Assembly (NCBI GenBank): GCA_963700145.1
Contig: OY969474.1
Coordinates: 3,488,001 to 3,552,000 of the forward strand
Direction of reading: 5' to 3'
Origin: an uncultured Acidobacteriota bacterium
GTDB lineage: Bacteria; Acidobacteriota; Thermoanaerobaculia; Multivoradales; UBA5704
Length of the DNA: 64,000 nucleotides
The first letter of the stretch is position 1, and every line of letters starts with the position of its first letter. The position numbers and the translations under genes are program-made. The notes under the pieces were generated by a model. The model was not told the origin of the DNA, searched no databases, and was given only the letters and a program-made list of their open reading frames with translations. This document shows, in pieces, positions 63,157-64,000 of this stretch.

Positions 63157-64000
63157 GGCGGGGGATCGGAGCGGCGGCGCTGCTGCTCGCGGCGTGCGCC
63201 GCTCCGGCACCGCGGGCGGCGGCGCCTCCACCGCCCGCGGCGGACGAGGCGCTCCTCGACGAGATCGAGGAGCGCACCTTCCGCTTCTTCTGGGAGCGGG
63301 CGCACCCGGCGACCGGCCTGATTCCCGACCGCTGGCCGACGCCGTCCTTCGCCAGCATCGCCGCCACCGGCTTCGGCTTGACCGCCTATCCGATCGGCGT
63401 CGAGCGCGGCTGGGTGGGACGGGCGGAGGCGGCCGAGCGGGTGCGCGCGACGCTGCGCTTCCTGGCCGCGGCGCCGCAGGGGCCGGAGCCGGCCGGGCGC
63501 GCCGGCCACCACGGGCTCTTCTACCACTTCCTCCACCAGGACACCGGCCTGCGCTTCGAGCAGGTCGAGCTGTCGACGATCGACACCGCGCTGCTCTTGG
63601 GCGGCGTCCTCTTCTGCCGCAACTACTTCGACCAGGACGACCCGGTCGAGGCCGAGGTCCGCCGCCTGGCGACCGCGCTCTACGAGGCCGCCGACTGGCG
63701 GTTCGTGCAGCCGCGGCCGCCGCGGGTGGCGATGGGGTGGTTTCCGGAGAAGGGCTTCCACCACCTCGACTGGACGGGCTACAACGAGGCGATGCTCCTC
63801 TATGTCCTCGCCCTCGGCTCGCCGACTCACCCGGTCGAGCCGGCGGCGTGGGAGGCGTGGACCTCGACCTACCGGGTCGCCGAGTTCCACGGCCAGCGCT
63901 ACCTCCTCTTCGCGCCGCTCTTCGGCCACCAGTACTCCCATATATGGATCGACTTCCGCGGCATCCGCGACGCGGCGATGCGCCGGCTCGGCTTCGACTA
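63153..64000 (+). CDS. GH144-like (glucoamylase-like, probable endo-beta-1,2-glucanase) lipoprotein; start uncertain, truncated at the window end
   Basis: My translation: LLLAAC..ERTFRFFWE..GLIPDRWPTPSFASIAATGFGL..GLFYHFL..ELSTIDTALL..WTGYNEAM..PLFGHQYSH. Confidence 0.85.
   Translation, partial: MRRGIGAAALLLAACAAPAPRAAAPPPPAADEALLDEIEERTFRFFWERAHPATGLIPDRWPTPSFASIAATGFGLTAYPIGVERGWVGRAEAAERVRATLRFLAAAPQGPEPAGRAGHHGLFYHFLHQDTGLRFEQVELSTIDTALLLGGVLFCRNYFDQDDPVEAEVRRLATALYEAADWRFVQPRPPRVAMGWFPEKGFHHLDWTGYNEAMLLYVLALGSPTHPVEPAAWEAWTSTYRVAEFHGQRYLLFAPLFGHQYSHIWIDFRGIRDAAMRRLGFD

Overview
Very GC-rich bacterial DNA. Gene content and style suggest Acidobacteriota, possibly Thermoanaerobaculia (inference). 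In order: (1) 1-2625, minus strand: DUF2064/TIGR04282-like transferase, radical SAM enzyme and an atypical metallophosphoesterase. (2) 2772-10118: a type III PKS cluster (PKS, ICMT-like methyltransferase, ACP, fatty acyl-AMP ligase, FAD oxidoreductase, YceI) followed by a second radical SAM gene. (3) About 10120-20640: a mosaic, partly lower-GC accessory island with no integrase, marked by displaced duplicates of gene fragments. It carries a Cys-rich secreted peptide, a SymE/SymR-like type I TA, 21-nt-period arrays, an M12 peptidase, TA genes and the top candidate for a new system, a SIR2-Nudix fusion plus HAD phosphatase cassette. (4) Core genes: an acyl-CoA synthetase with an internal ~50-bp micro-inversion, ruvB, ruvA, a PpiD/SurA-like protein, mreBCD-mrdA-rodA-rng, HtrA, ubiX and proC. 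(5) A purine/urate catabolism cluster: allB, an alc-OHCU decarboxylase fusion, uraH, uricase, three XDH subunits and a DUF6986-like lyase. (6) msrA, a BNR-repeat protein and a LacI-TBDR-GH144 locus. The first ~16.5 kb has many single-base indels, probably consensus errors, so gene boundaries there are approximate. All family assignments come from motif recognition by eye, not database searches.
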